A DNA stretch of 64,000 nt from contig CP110439.1 of NCBI GenBank assembly GCA_026914245.1, positions 1,178,001-1,242,000 on the forward strand, read 5' to 3'. The notes under the pieces were generated by a model. The model saw only the letters and a list, made by a program, of their open reading frames with translations, was not told where the DNA came from and ran no database searches. The stretch is from Puccinia triticina. Taxonomy: Eukaryota. How positions within the stretch are numbered: the stretch's first letter is position 1; the number at the start of each line of letters is the position of its first letter. Position numbers and translations under genes: made by a program. Positions 12,060 through 25,071 of this stretch are shown one piece after another.

Positions 12060-13070
12060 ATATGGCAGGGGAGGTCTCAGGCCTATCTGGATACCCGTTC
12101 CGAGTGGGAGGAGCGTCGCTCAGATTTGCGCTGGGGGTACCGGCCGAGGGGATCGGCCAACTAGGCTGATTGGTATTGAACTGCTACAAATTGTAATTCC
12201 GACCTTATTCGCCAGCAGAAGGAGATGCTCCAACTTTTCAAACAATTCACGCGTCGTGGGGAGGAAAGCAATTCAATCCACCAAGCTGCAATTGAAGTTT
12301 GCAAACAGTTGCCTCGTTTTTCTATCTCAGTCTAGGTTTCTGACCTGCTCGGAGGAGATTCCTGGGTCATCAGAAAGGCCTAGCCATCTGACACGTCGAA
12401 GGAACCTCCTCCTCTCTTGTCCCGGTTATTTCCCTCCTCTTCGGGGGAGCGAAGCGACCTCCGACCTCCCCCCCTCCACAAAGAGAGGGACTGTAAGTTA
12501 GGCACAGTCGGCCAAACAGGCTCCTTCAAAGGTTGAGCCCTGTCTTTGCCTGACACCGACTGTGTCAGGTGCAGAAACCTGCACGGAGACTGGGAGAGCG
12601 GCCGGGTAGGCAGGCAGTGCAAAGACAGCTGCCACCTCGCTGCGCCGCCGCTCTTTCCGGCATCCACTCACAGAGCGCCACGGAAGGCCACGGAGGCGGT
12701 AGTGGATCCAGTTGTAAAGTTGCAATCTGGCCTGGCGAATGTCTCAGACCCGATGAAACCAGCGTCAAATACCACTCCGGTCCCCGTGTATGCGCATCGG
12801 AGTACAAAACCTGTACCACCGGTGGGGTCCTCAGGGTCAATGCAGCTTGGCTGCCCGTCTCGAGTCCTCGACACACCAACCACGCACAGTTACCTCTAGG
12901 TGCCTCATCCTTCCCCTGAGTGACTGGGCGGAGCAGGAGGCCATCCGCAAAGAGTGTTTGGGCAGCCCCGATTGGTTGCGTTGTCAGGGTTAAGCCACCT
13001 TCTTCACTGCAGCCAATCAATTTATCGTCCATCCCTCAACTCGACTCCGAGCCTTTTAGACCTTTGAATA
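12060..13070 (-). ncRNA. Candidate structured ~1-kb ncRNA, possibly telomerase RNA
   Basis: The two ends are complementary, there are many internal hairpins, a template-like TAACCCTGA at 12992-12984 and a pseudoknot-like segment at 12312-12230. See findings. Strand and ends are uncertain. Confidence 0.4.
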
Positions 13071-13122
13071 GAGTTTTTTTTCTTCAGTAAATCTATAGAT
13101 TGGTCCAAGTCGTAAAATCAAC

Positions 13123-14821
13123 ATGTCATCGAACAACGTTACGACGGGTGCTGCAAGTATTGAGGATGAGTGCAGTCAGTCTTTCGCGTTTCTTCCTCTC
13201 TGTTACTTTGCTTTCAAGGCTCAGAGTCTTCCCTGCTGATTTCTCCCTCTTGGATTCTCCATTCCGATACTGTGATCGCTCAAACAGGCAACATTGCACC
13301 TGTAAGTAAAATTATCATTGAATATCTCATTAACAGCATCCGATTTTTCTGACAAATCTTTCAACCCTGTCTTGATTTTCAAACTGTAGCTCAATGACCG
13401 ACTCGCATTACGCATTGCAGCCATTTTTATTATCCTTGTCACTTCAATGCTAGGAACATTGTTTCCAGTCCTCACCCGACAATCCAACCGTTTTTCTGTT
13501 TCCCCCTGGATATACGAAGCGGTCAAATATTTCGGAAGCGGGGTCATACTGGCAACCGCACTCATTCATGTAAGATCATCTTTCTTTGGCTTTTAATATA
13601 TCTTACCTTGACACAAAGAAACTTATAATTTTCCAATTCATGAAGCTCCTAGCCCCTGCGAATGAAGCGCTATCATCTCCATGTCTGCCTGTCGGATGGT
13701 CACTATATCCTTTTTCACAGGGTATAACACTAGCATCCATCTTTGTAATTTTTATAATCGAGATCATTGTAAGTGAAGCGTATCCTGAGTAAGGGGCCGA
13801 CTCAAGCTTACACCCTCTTCCAGGCTATTCGAGTAGGAACTTCACGCCTTGCAGCTTTAGGACTCAAGTACTGCGCTCATGGCATTGGTGCCGATCAATC
13901 ACCAGCACACGGATCCAATATGCCTTCAGCTTCTGGCGCACCACATGATACAAATCATCGACTGGAATCAAATTTAGATAAACTGAGTGACGAAACTGCC
14001 GCCACTCCCACTTGCTTGCCCACCGCCGAAGTTGGCTCCCAACTCATAGGGGCCGCTATTTTGGAGTTGGGTGTTATTTTTCATAGGTATATTCGAATTC
14101 AATTGGTGTCAAAAAGGCCTTCACAATTGCTGACAAGTCTATTATTTATACAGCATTGTGATTGGCCTAACCCTTGCAGTGAATGCGCAATTCACCACTT
14201 TTTTTTTAGTTATCATTTTTCATCGTAAGTCTTTTTGAGACAGTGCATCATTTATATAGTTACAACTTAATGACAAGCCATCAATACCTTTCTCAGAAAT
14301 GTTTGAGGGTCTGGGCTTAGGCGCAAGGCTGTCTCAACTCACACTCCCGTCACGATTCAGACGACTACCCCTCTGGGGTAGCTTGCTCTACTCCTTTGTC
14401 ACTCCACTTGGCTTGTCAATAGGCTTAGGACTACGGAATACGTGGGTAGATACCAAAATCAGATTTCTGACGAGATGCTCACCAAAGATCTCTATTTCTT
14501 ACCTTTCTTCCAGCTACAACCCAAATTCCGCGACCGCTTTGATTGTATCAGGATGTCTAGATTCTTTCTCCGCTGGAATACTACTTTACACGGGACTCGT
14601 AGAGCTTTTGGCTCATGATTTCATTTTCAATCAAACTTTGCTATTAGAGCACAGTAATAGCAGGTTAACTTTTGACATCACATGCGTGATTTCTGGCGCA
14701 GGGTGAGCACGACTTCTGACAATACAGGCGCTGCTTGCAAACTATTCGGCTTGGTCTCATGAGTTGGATTTCTTCTGTCACTTTTTTTAGATTAATGGCC
14801 CTGCTAGGTCGATGGGCTTGA
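13123..14821 (+). CDS. ZIP-family zinc/iron permease (Zrt1/Zrt2-like)
   Basis: Spliced product has LRIAAIFIILVTS, KYFGSGVILATALIHLL, ILELGVIFHSIVIG, FHQMFEGLGLG, SAGILLYTGLVELLAHDF and LMALLGRWA*. It includes a 14-nt exon at 13288-13301. Confidence 0.93.
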
Positions 14822-15525
14822 AAACTAATCAGGCAATCTTTCCAAATTTCGCGTCCGGAGCACTACCCAAAATCATCTATCCCGTTTGGAACCTTCTCCA
14901 TTGGGCTACCCATACTCCGTTAATACCCCTACCCCTTGTTTTTTATATCACGTTTGGAGTAACCACTCAACTCGTCGGATTGACTGACTTGATACAGCCT
15001 TCGCATCTCAATTTTTTATTTCATCAACTGGCTCGATGTACAAGATTTTATCCATGAATTTCCCTCCTCCAAAAAAGACCAGCCTAATCGCAAAATTCAG
15101 TGCTTTTGTTTTTCGTCAATGTTCTGATCATTGCACGCTATCTGTTGGGAAGATGCAGATCGGAACAATTATATTATTCATTCTTATAAAAATATAAAAA
15201 TGTAGATTACTATTACTCCCTTCATCAGATAAAGAGCAAATGTAAATGACCATCACGTCCACAAGATTATTTTCACTTCATATCAGTACAATCAAACAAT
15301 GATTTGATTGATCTGTGCCACCTCTCCTACTCTGCAGTTGCCACATAGCTTACATATGATCAAATCTCATGCCTTGAATCCCTTCCCATCATTCTGCAAC
15401 ACAAGTTTCAGCATCAACCAGTATGCCTAACCACAAATGTTGCCCATTGGCGCGCAAGGCTTGCTAGGAGAGCTAGATGATGCCCCTCCTCACCTGGGGC
15501 CCTCCTCCACATTTGCATTTGGTGC

Positions 15526-15634
15526 ACTGTAAAAAAACTCAAGAAACTGCTGCCAGTTGACATGCAATATCATCAAGGCGCCTTGGTAATATTGCATGTC
15601 AACTGGCAGCAGTTTCTTGATTTTATTTTTTGGT
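15526..15634. repeat. Near-perfect ~110-bp hairpin (mini foldback or MITE remnant)
   Basis: tcaagaaactgctgccagttgacatgcaatat ... atattgcatgtcaactggcagcagtttcttga. Confidence 0.7.
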
Positions 15635-18116
15635 GTTGGCTAAAATTGTGGGTCAAGTGAGCCTGAGGTTCTGGCTGGGTGAGTTTAGCTAGGCTAGCTC
15701 AACTGGGCAAACACTAACTTCACACAAGTCCTGTTGTTTCAGAGGGAAAGCAGCTAGGCCTAAAGCACCCGGGCAGTCTCCTACAGAGAGCGTCCCACAG
15801 GGAAGCAGGGTCCCTTTGGGACCCTCTGTTCAAGAGGCTTAGTTAAGCTAGGGGCAAACACATCCGTTGGGTCACTTTCAGGTTAACAAATCTGAAAATT
15901 ACCCAGTAACTGCAACCACATTGCAAGGCATTAACAATTAGAAAAACAAACCCAAATTCCAGCTTGCCATGTAAATCTGCCCACCCTGGAACAATGTGGT
16001 GAGCTCAATCAAAAACCTCATCAAGTACACAGATGGCTATCATGGAGGAATCTGCACAAGCCAAGTGAATATCACCTTCCAGTCTATCAGTTTTACCTCC
16101 AACCACCCACAGACATTGGATCAGACTCTATCATCATCTCTACAAGGTGCCTCAAACTCTTCAGTATTCACTGTCATGGATGTCCCTCCACAATGAGTAA
16201 TAAAATATGTACAAAATCTGGTTCAAAGTGGGAGAAAGTCCACCATCAAACAGAGCCAGACTATTAGGAAGGACCCTGAGTATCCACTACATTTTATTCC
16301 CCTACAGTTGCGCAAGGCATCCTACTGTACAAGAAACACCCCCGGGGGACCCCCGTCCGGAATTTTAGGGCCGGGTTTTTTGTTTTTTCCCAATTTCTTA
16401 TGGCCAAAATCAATTGGAAAGGGGGTTGGGACGGGTTGGGATCACGGTGTACATGTGTATTACACTCCATGTTTGCCATGAGGGCCCCCAATTGCCCAGG
16501 TGGGTCACCTCAGGGCCATTGGAGGTGCTCTGATGTTGCTTGGGGGGCCTCCAATGTTGATTGGAGGTGCAATATCTATGGACTTACAGGTGCAATATCT
16601 ATGGACTTATAGGTGCAATACACCCATACATATGGGTTTAGCATATGTAAGTTGATATGTATGGATTTACAGTATGTAGTTAGGCCAATGTTCGTAATTT
16701 CAGACCCAAAAAAAATGAAACTTTTTTTTGGCTGGTCAGAAACCTTAGCCCACTTGGAACTGGAATCTATGTGATCCAAACAGCTCAAAAATGTCATCTT
16801 CATGACATACTACTCAAATGACGGGCCGTACATTTGGCCTGCGTCTCAAATATCTTTTTGCGGGTGAGGCTGTACAGTAGGATGCCTTGCGCAACTGTAT
16901 ATTCCATCAAGGCATAACTCCTGCCCAGATGCATGGCGGCTGATCTGCTATGGTTATTGTTTCCTATTATGTCATCCCAAGCCATGTAGTAGATGCCCTG
17001 TTGGGTTGTTGGCTTGTCCCCTTGTTGGAGGCTTTTTGACCCTGTTTCTCATTTTTGTCTTTGTCTCAGAACCACCTGTTGTCCCCTTATAAATGTAGAA
17101 CCTTTTGGCCCATTTTGTTTGTCCTCCATCAGATCCTGATTGTCTCTGGTCACAGCTTAACATTAGATATCCTTAGAAATATACTTACCTTGAAAGAATT
17201 ACCCGTATAATAGAATACCAGTAACCAGTCTTACTCTACTCCTTTTCCCACCATTTTGTCTAGAAATCACTATTCTCAATACTTCATCAGCCACACTTTT
17301 CTTCAAGAGTCCATACCCTTGTTCTTGTTCCATATTACTCTCCCAACCTGCGAGGTAGCTCTTCACGCACTCATCCCTCTCTAAGCTCTATTACCCCAAA
17401 GAGTAGTTCCACACTGATACAACATGTTGTTGAATTTGTCCTATGGGAATGATACAAAATAAATGCCAGTGTAGTTTTTCACACTAGGTATTGCATGTTC
17501 AAAATGCCCTACCTAGCCTGATGCTAGGTCTTCAGGACCTGACCCTACTCACATTGATATTAGGGGGTCTCAAAGTTGGCCAAGTGCGACTTGCATGACA
17601 TTTTGCAAGTGGTGGTAGCTGTGCAGGGCAGATCCATATTTTGTAAAAAGCTATCACTTGGATCTGATCAACTGATACAGGTATATAAGAGCAAATTCAC
17701 CGCGGGAGCTTTCCACGGTGCTAAACGTTTGTCATGTTTAGCTCCCAAGCTTCTGCGGCCTACTGCAGCATCCACTGCGTGAGAGATATCCTGAGAGCTA
17801 AACTTGGCTTTCACCAAGCCTCAAGTCCGGTAGTGGGTGGGGGTTTGGGGGTGTGTGCGTGTGGGGTGGTGAGATGTCAACAAAAGTTGAGGTGTCACGG
17901 CAGCTATTTGGGAGCTCAGGTGTTCCTATGTTTGACACCACCTGAGCTCCCAAAGCTCCTAACACCCCGGGTGGCCCTCAAATTTGTCATTCTTGGAGCT
18001 AAATGTCAGATAGCACTGCGGGATAGCACCCGCAGTGGAGTTTCTCTAAGTCTTAGCCTGTATGAATACATCAATATTTCTTAGTTGCCACATACAGCCA
18101 CTTTGATTGAACAATC

Positions 18117-19388
18117 TGTTAGGGTTCAGAATTTGTGACAGGCAATAGTAGCAGACCTTCCCTCTCTTTTTTTATGTCTACTTTCTCTACTCCCTTGTCT
18201 ACCACATGGTGATGCTCTTCTCAAGCTGTCAGGCCACTACTGCCCTATAAAAACCAGCAGATGAGATATCAATGTGGCAGCTAGGTGGTGGCCCCACAAA
18301 AGGCCTCCTGCCACTTAATACTGATGTTTCGGACAACTGAAACATGGATTCATCAGAAGGTGGTTTCAAAAGGCACCATGAACAGTTTGAATTGGTAAAA
18401 GATCCTCATAATCTACTGGAAAGTCATGAGTGAAGATAGAGGTAAGTCAATGGATGTTGAGATACACATATGCTTATATATCACAGGTTGTATGATTCAA
18501 TTAAAACACCAGTAATCTTGTATTTAGTCCACACTAGATTCCTGAAGTAGTTTTCCTCTCAGTGAATTCAAACCATCTTTTTCTCACTCACAAAGTGTCG
18601 CTGGCCTATCAGCCGTGAACTTTGGCTTTTCATCTTGTGTCCCCCGCAACAGGTTATGAGGCCCATCTGCTCACCCTGCTCAAGACAAATTTTTTTTCTT
18701 ACACTTGGAATAATTCTTCCTTGCAAACTATCATCAACCACTCAATCTCATCTTGTTTTTGCCAACCCAATGCCAGCCCGCACAACTCAAAACCCTTTAG
18801 CACTTATTGGGAACATCCCGGTCCTGGAAGGCAACTTGGTTGGTTTCCTGGCCTGGCAAACAAGACTCAAAGAGCTCTTTGCTATTCAGGGTGTGCACAA
18901 CATTGTGACTGGCAGGCTTCTTGATCCCAAAACTGACTACAAGGATAAGAATTAAAAACCAGTAACCCAAGGATCCCATTGTCTTTACTTCGCTGAAGAA
19001 TCCGGCTCCGACTGGGATGCTCTTATAGCCAGGGCAACTCTAAAAATGACACTGTTGGTTGATCTAGCAATTTGGTACACAAAGACAAAGCTTGTCAGTG
19101 TTTTTGTGAAAACAATCTGCAATGCCTACAAGAAGAATACTCAAGCACTTTGCATGATGCTCCAGGATGCTTTCTGGACGGCTCTTCATGACCCAAACAA
19201 GCCAATTGCCACTTGGATTGCTTGAATCCAAAACTTGGCATCCAATCTCAAGTCTGTTAAGCTATCTCCTGAGGACCAGCAAATATGCAACTGTTTGCTT
19301 TGTGGTTTAGACAAATCTTGGAAGCCCATTTGCAATCGTCCCATGTAATCCTCAAAAGAGATATCACTCAATGATGCAATTGGAGTGC
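18117..19388 (+). mobile_element. Degenerate Copia LTR retrotransposon: 5' LTR, PBS and broken gag
   Basis: TGTT(18117)...AACA(18651), followed by the fungal Copia-type PBS ggttatgag. Gag-like frames (FLAWQTRLKELFAIQGVHNIVTG; LLCGLDKSWKPI) carry stops. The LTR start is a best guess. Confidence 0.7.
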
Positions 19389-19953
19389 TGTGGCGATTTA
19401 TATGGGGCTAGCGGTGTAGAATGTCCATTCACCGCAGCACATGCGGGAATGCAGTGGGGTGGCTGAGCAAATTCTCAGTCTCCACATGCATCTCCGTTCC
19501 CACCCAATCTCACAGATTCAACACTTTCCCACACTAGTTTGTCAGCTCCGCCCAACTCCCCGCACGTCATTGTCCCAGACTCCGCTCCTCTCTGAAACCC
19601 TCTGTCTAGCCCCTGTCAGCAGTCTCTCACCAACGCCTCCACCTGCTGGTGGAACCCGCTTTGGCTGCCTTGGCTCACCTGCTGATGTGCTGCTGCTACC
19701 AGTCCACAAGTGTAGTCCACCACAGTCCAGCCCTGTCTTTCCGCTCCGGTCCAAATATCTGATCTGAGATCCGCAATACGCAATCCACCTGATCCGTGCA
19801 TTCTGTCCACATGCGACTTTCTGTAAGCTTTCTGACATCATCCTTGATCCTTATGTCACCGGAATGCACTCTGCGCTCAGCTGCTCTGTGCATTCCTGCC
19901 CGCGTTACCTCCGAGTGGACATTCTACCATGCCTGCCCATATAAATCACCGCG
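19389..19953. repeat. Dispersed repeat with inverted termini that truncates the Copia gag; homologous (inverted) to 54423-54834
   Basis: tgtggcgatttatatggg ... cccatataaatcaccgcg; 19575-19950 is the reverse complement of ~54423-54830. Confidence 0.6.
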
Positions 19954-20785
19954 CCATGCACATGCATGTGAGCTGTTTTTTGCTTTGCCAATGTCACCTT
20001 TGTGTATGCACATACATTTGGGTGCAAGATCACTGGGGAGGCCTTTCACAGCTCCATGACAAGTACAAACTGGTTAGAAAGCCATTAAATCCCCCTCAAG
20101 TCACATTCACATTGTGTGAAACCCCTTGCACATAGAGAAATTGATCAACAGAAATTCACCATTAATGATTGATCACTGGGAATTGAGTGTCTATCATTTC
20201 ATTATGGGTTGTAATTAAGTTATCCTTAGAAAATTAAATGGTTCTATTCAACATTGCACAAGGCCGTCCTGTGTCAATTCTGCATCACTTCTGACACACT
20301 TCCCATTGACTTCTGAAGAATTTATCCATCATTTCCTAATCCACATCTGACTCACATTGGACCCAGAACAACATAAAATTAGACTCTGGCACTCTCTGGA
20401 GAGTGCATCAAAGTCTCCCCTGGTGATAGGTATTAGGAGGGCTTACTCAAGGGCCACATGCAGTTTCTGGTTGCATCAACCAGGTTTTGTGAATGTGAAC
20501 CAGGCAACACAAGCACTGGGGGACCAGACCATTTGCTCAGCTGATCAGAGGCCTGTTCAAAAAATGAGCCAATTTACTTGGCTGGATGAAGCCAGGCTGC
20601 CTGACTGGCATCCCTTCCTCCACATGCTTATATGATACCCTTACTGCGCATTGAAGCTTGGTTGAAATAACCTTTGAGAAATCACCCCAAGCTGTGGACA
20701 ATGTTTGTTAAGGGTAGCAGAGGTGAGACAATAACAAAGTGGGAGAGATGTGCAAGGCCACCTGGAGATTATACTATAACAGTTT

Positions 20786-21575
20786 TCATTCATTGTTGAA
20801 TCCCATCTGCTGGTCCAGCAGGTTTCTGAATTTGGTTGGCCCAGGAACAGGGTCGAGATCTAGTTCTGAGGAGTTGCTGCTGGATTGATGATGTGGGTTG
20901 AGTGCTTCCTTGATGGTCGCCAAGAGTTGGCTGTTTGATGATGGATGTATAAGTATGTTGTGGTTATGGTAAGAAGGAGAGAAACTGACTCGGTTGAGCA
21001 TGTGTAGGCTAGTCCTAAGCTGGAGATCTGGTGGGCCAGGTCGAGCTGATGGTTGTCCATTAGGCCTGGGTTGGGTACGATGATGACGATTGGTTTGTCG
21101 TTCTTGATGCTGGTGGGGCTGATGTCCAGAGAGAGGTCTGGGGTGACTTGGAGCTTGGCCTGCAGTTCCGGCGCAGGTGTGATGGGTCTGATGGCTGAGA
21201 GGATTGATCCTGCGCCTGTTTGCGAACATGTTTTACTGGTCAGCGAGGATGCTTCAAGAGAGAGGTTGGGTGAGTCTGACCGGCATGGGTGATGATGAGC
21301 CTGGCGCGTGAGAGCAGGCTGTCGATGGCGTCGGAGTATCGGAAGATGGTCAGCTGGATGTGCTGGCTGGGCGGCAGGCTGAGATGGCTGGCGATGGGGA
21401 TGGCCTGGCCCTCGAGGGTGAGTTCCTGCTGGCTGCCGATCTGGACGAGCACCCTGGTGAGCGTCGGCGTGCGCCCGAGCAGGCCCGCCAGCTCCGCGTG
21501 GCTGGGCGCGAGGAGGGTGTTGATGAGCTGGTCGAAGCGGGTCGAGCCAACGGTGACCACCACGATGTCCTCCAT
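20786..21575 (-). CDS. ALG13: UDP-N-acetylglucosamine transferase subunit Alg13 (GT28 C-terminal)
   Basis: Exons 21575-21281, 21215-20990, 20930-20786. Motifs VVTVGSTRFDQL, VQIG, IITHAGAGSIL, IIVPNPGLMDNHQLDLA. Confidence 0.93.
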
Positions 21576-23206
21576 CTTCCTCGGCGTCCGGGGCTGTCGG
21601 CTGCTGCTCACTGCCGCCGCCAGACGACCGCGGCCCTGCTCGACGAAGGCGGGCGAGACCCGGATCGGCACGCGAGGCTTCCCCCGGGACCGGATGAGCA
21701 ACACGCCCGGCTCGCTGCTCGCCCGGATCGGCCAGGACCTGTACCAGCAGCCATGCCACCCCCTCGCGGTCCTCAAGCACTCCATCGCCGCCCAGCTGCC
21801 CGGCTTCGAGCTGCTCAGCTGCCCCGACCCCGTCGTCACTCCGTTCCAGAACTTCGACCAGCTCGGCTTCCCCGCCGACCATCCCGGCCGCAGGAAGGGC
21901 GACTCCTACTACCTCAACGCAGACTTCATGCTCAGAACTCACACCTCCGCTCATGAGGTCGAGATATTCGCTCGCGGAAAGGAACACTGGCTGTTGGCCG
22001 CCGATGTCTATCGTCGGGACGAGATCGACTCCTCCCACTTCCCGGTCTTCCACCAGGTCGATATTTTGAAATCCTCAAAAGATATAAATACGTGGGCATT
22101 GAACTCCTGTTTCTGTTCTTTAGATGGAAGGCGCAAGCGTGCTCTCCCGGACTCAGATCGATCAGTTCTCGCGCAAGACGAGCGAACTCGCCTATCGACT
22201 GTCGCACCAAAACATCCAGATCGAGGACTTGACCAGTGTAGATGCGGGGAACCCATACCAAGCCGACCATCGAGCCGAGGAAGCCAAGATAGTAACGGAA
22301 AACCTCAAGACGACGATCAACTCGTTGATCTACGGCCTCTTCAGAAACATCCTACAGATCCACTCCTCTCCCATCAAAGTCCGGTGGATCCCCGCTTACT
22401 TCCCCTTCACTTCCCCCAGCTATGAGGTCGAGGTTCTCTTTCAGGACAAGTGGCTCGAAATCCTGGGCTGTGGAGTCGTCCAACAGCGGACGTTGATCGA
22501 AGCTAGTCCGTCACAAGCTTCCTGAGCCTATCTACGTGCAATCTCACTGACATTGATGCGACTGTTATTCGAAGAGGTGCCTGAGAAGATCGGATGGGCC
22601 TTCGGACTAGGGCTGGAAAGAATTGCGATGGTCCTCTTCTCGATCCCGGATATCCGACTCTTCTGGTCGACCGACCGACGCTTCCGGGACCAATTCACCA
22701 ACCAAGCCGTCCTATCATCTCCACAGCAAACCGGGGTTGTCAAGTTCCAGCCGTTCAGTAAGAACCCGGCCTGTTACAAGGATCTCAGTTTCTGGATCCC
22801 TGCCACTTCTTCGGAGGACAGCTTTGAAGCTAATGACCTCTTCGAAATCATCCGTGACGTCGGCGGCTCTTGGGTCGAAGAAGTCAAACTCGTACGCAAG
22901 AAGCTCATACTACCACTCTTCCCTTTATCTCTAGCTCTGACCTTTAACCCGTCCAAAACAGATCGACGAATTCACTCACCCAAAAACAGGCCGTCAGAGT
23001 CGCTGTTACCGGATCGTTTACCGGTCCATAGAAAGGTCTGCTCTCCACCTCCAAATTATCTTCTCCTCCCGGTTAACCCCTATTGACGCGGAGTTCCTTT
23101 TGGTGGTTGACAATTGGTCAGGAACCTTTCTAATGAGGAAGTTAACCTTACCCAGGAGCGAGTACGGACCGCTTTACAAGATAAACTTGGCATCGAGTTC
23201 CGATAG
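21565..23206 (+). CDS. MSF1: Mitochondrial phenylalanyl-tRNA synthetase (Msf1/FARS2)
   Basis: Exons about 21565-22056, 22124-22505, 22575-22891, 22962-23035, 23122-23206. Arg-rich presequence-like N-terminus; [55 protein letters not shown]-terminal FDX-ACB domain. Confidence 0.95.
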
Positions 23207-23713
23207 ACCTAATTAATAATCATACATACATACGTATATACATATACCCTTCTTTACTCCTCGATCTTGGGCTTTTTTCTTTCCTTGTTTTCATTTCTTC
23301 TTTTTCGTTTGTTCTCATTAAACATCAAAAGTATAAACACGTGATTGCTCTTGTATTCAAAAGAATTCATCAATCAGTTAAGAAGTGATAGAACTGCTTG
23401 TTGAAGACTTTTGTAGAATTTCAGAGCGGGCAACCATTCCATTCATCCATCTAGGCAGGGTCCCATGTTTTACTTATGCCTCCTGAACTAAGTCAATTTG
23501 GGCTTTTATTTTTGTTCTTGATGAGAAGATGAGGACCACAATACAAACAAGACAGCCTGTTGAAATACGATATAACCCCAAAAAAAGGAGTAAAAAAGGA
23601 AGGCTGGTCATGACAAAGAGGCGCAACAACACACACCGACACATACTGATCTCAAAAAAGAAGAAGACGAAGTTCCACGGTATCTAGATACCCAGAGCAG
23701 GAGAGCAACCAGT

Positions 23714-24736
23714 TTAATCAGAAGCGATATCGTCGTCATCAAGACCAAGCATCATGGTGAAGCCGCCGTCTTCGCTTGCAATGTCATCATCGCCGATCTG
23801 TCTGTCGGCTTCTGCGAGCTCGATCATCCTACACAGCTGGGCTTCCTCATCTCCCGAGCCAGGCGCGCCCTCGCTCACCATACGTCTGGTCCGTATCCTC
23901 TTCCGCAAGAGCTCGCTGACCGATTCTTTCGTCTTGATGTCTCGGAGCCTTGTCGGTGTGGTGGTTTCGGGTTAACTTTAGTGTTAAGTCGTGAATAGAG
24001 GGCAAGGAGAAGGGCGGTACGTATTAGCTTACCTCGTGTCTGCCCCGGCCTCCAATAAGGACTTGGTGATCTCGAACATCGCCACCGGGTGCTCGATCTC
24101 GATGGCACAGAGCAGCGGTGTCTTGCCCTCCTTATTGCGCAGATCGACATCCGCGCCTTCGTGTTCTAGGATCAACTCCATCACGTGCGGCGATGGCTTG
24201 ATCACCCTATTATTCATCACCGTGTTGGGTGCATGTAGGAATCACAAGCCTCGTTAGCTTCTCTCTGTATTCTTTCTCGACTGCTTTTCCCGCTTTCTTT
24301 CTTGTTTCTTCTGTCTACATTGGCCACTCCTCATTAATTGTGGAGATAATGGACGCACGCATGATGTAGGGCCGTGTTTCCTGACTTTATAACGGTTGAG
24401 AGATATACAATATATTAGCTCATCGGTACATTTTTTTTGCTTTTCTTTCTTTCGTTGTTCTTGCTGCGTGCGGTTTTTTGTAACTCACACTATCTTTGAA
24501 GTTGATGTCGTACCCCCCCTTTTCTTCGACTTCTTTGAATAACATCTCCGAGTTTTGTTTGGCTGCCCACAGAAGTCTTTCATCTTTTTTGTCGAAGATG
24601 TCAGTCAGTCAATTTACTCCGGTCTGAGTAGACATACCATTCGTTTTGTGGAGTTTTCTGAAAAAGAGGATTAAAACTTACTAGGACTGGCGCCCTTGTC
24701 TATGTCCGAGTCGCCATTTCCCGGAAGGTCTGGCAT
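23714..24736 (-). CDS. Small conserved fungal ankyrin-repeat protein with acidic tail
   Basis: ATG at 24736 (MPDLPGNGDSDIDKGASP), spliced to NERLLWAAKQ..DINFKDS, SGNTALHHA, DVDLRNKEGKTPLLCAI, LLEAGADTR and DDDDIASD*. Confidence 0.85.
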
Positions 24737-25071
24737 CGGTGAATCGGTTGCGTAGGAGGGGCAGATGCAATTGGGCGAGCGGGCCTTGTGTTACTGCTAT
24801 TCTCCGAATCCGCTATATTTTGTATCGAGGTGGTGGGGGTGTGATGCTGGTGAGACATGCAAGGTGAGCACATTTCGGGGTACCCGGTGCCGCTTCGGCT
24901 TGGCATTTGGCAGCAGGCGCCGCCAATTTCCAATGTGCAGTCCGATTTGACAAAAGCTCCGCTATGATGTCCGGGGCACGCTGAACATCCACTTCCCACT
25001 CCTCTGGACGCATACAGAATCCACTCGACATCAACACCGGCTGGGTTTCCTCACCCTCGATTCTTCTTCGT

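Noticed and set aside
12380..13032. Several 70-155-aa ORFs on both strands
   Set aside because: No motifs or splice pattern; better explained by a GC-rich structured noncoding sequence.
12060..13070. RNase P/MRP, SRP, U1, U2 or snR30 identity for the structured region
   Set aside because: Only short partial resemblances; the diagnostic conserved regions were not found in the right order.
20860..22053. 397-aa minus-strand ORF and other long overlapping ORFs
   Set aside because: Shadow frames of the GC-rich ALG13/MSF1 exons with no recognisable protein.
24638..24640. ATG-only first exon for the ankyrin gene
   Set aside because: It gives the wrong phase; the ATG at 24736 with the donor at 24681 restores GASPNERLL.
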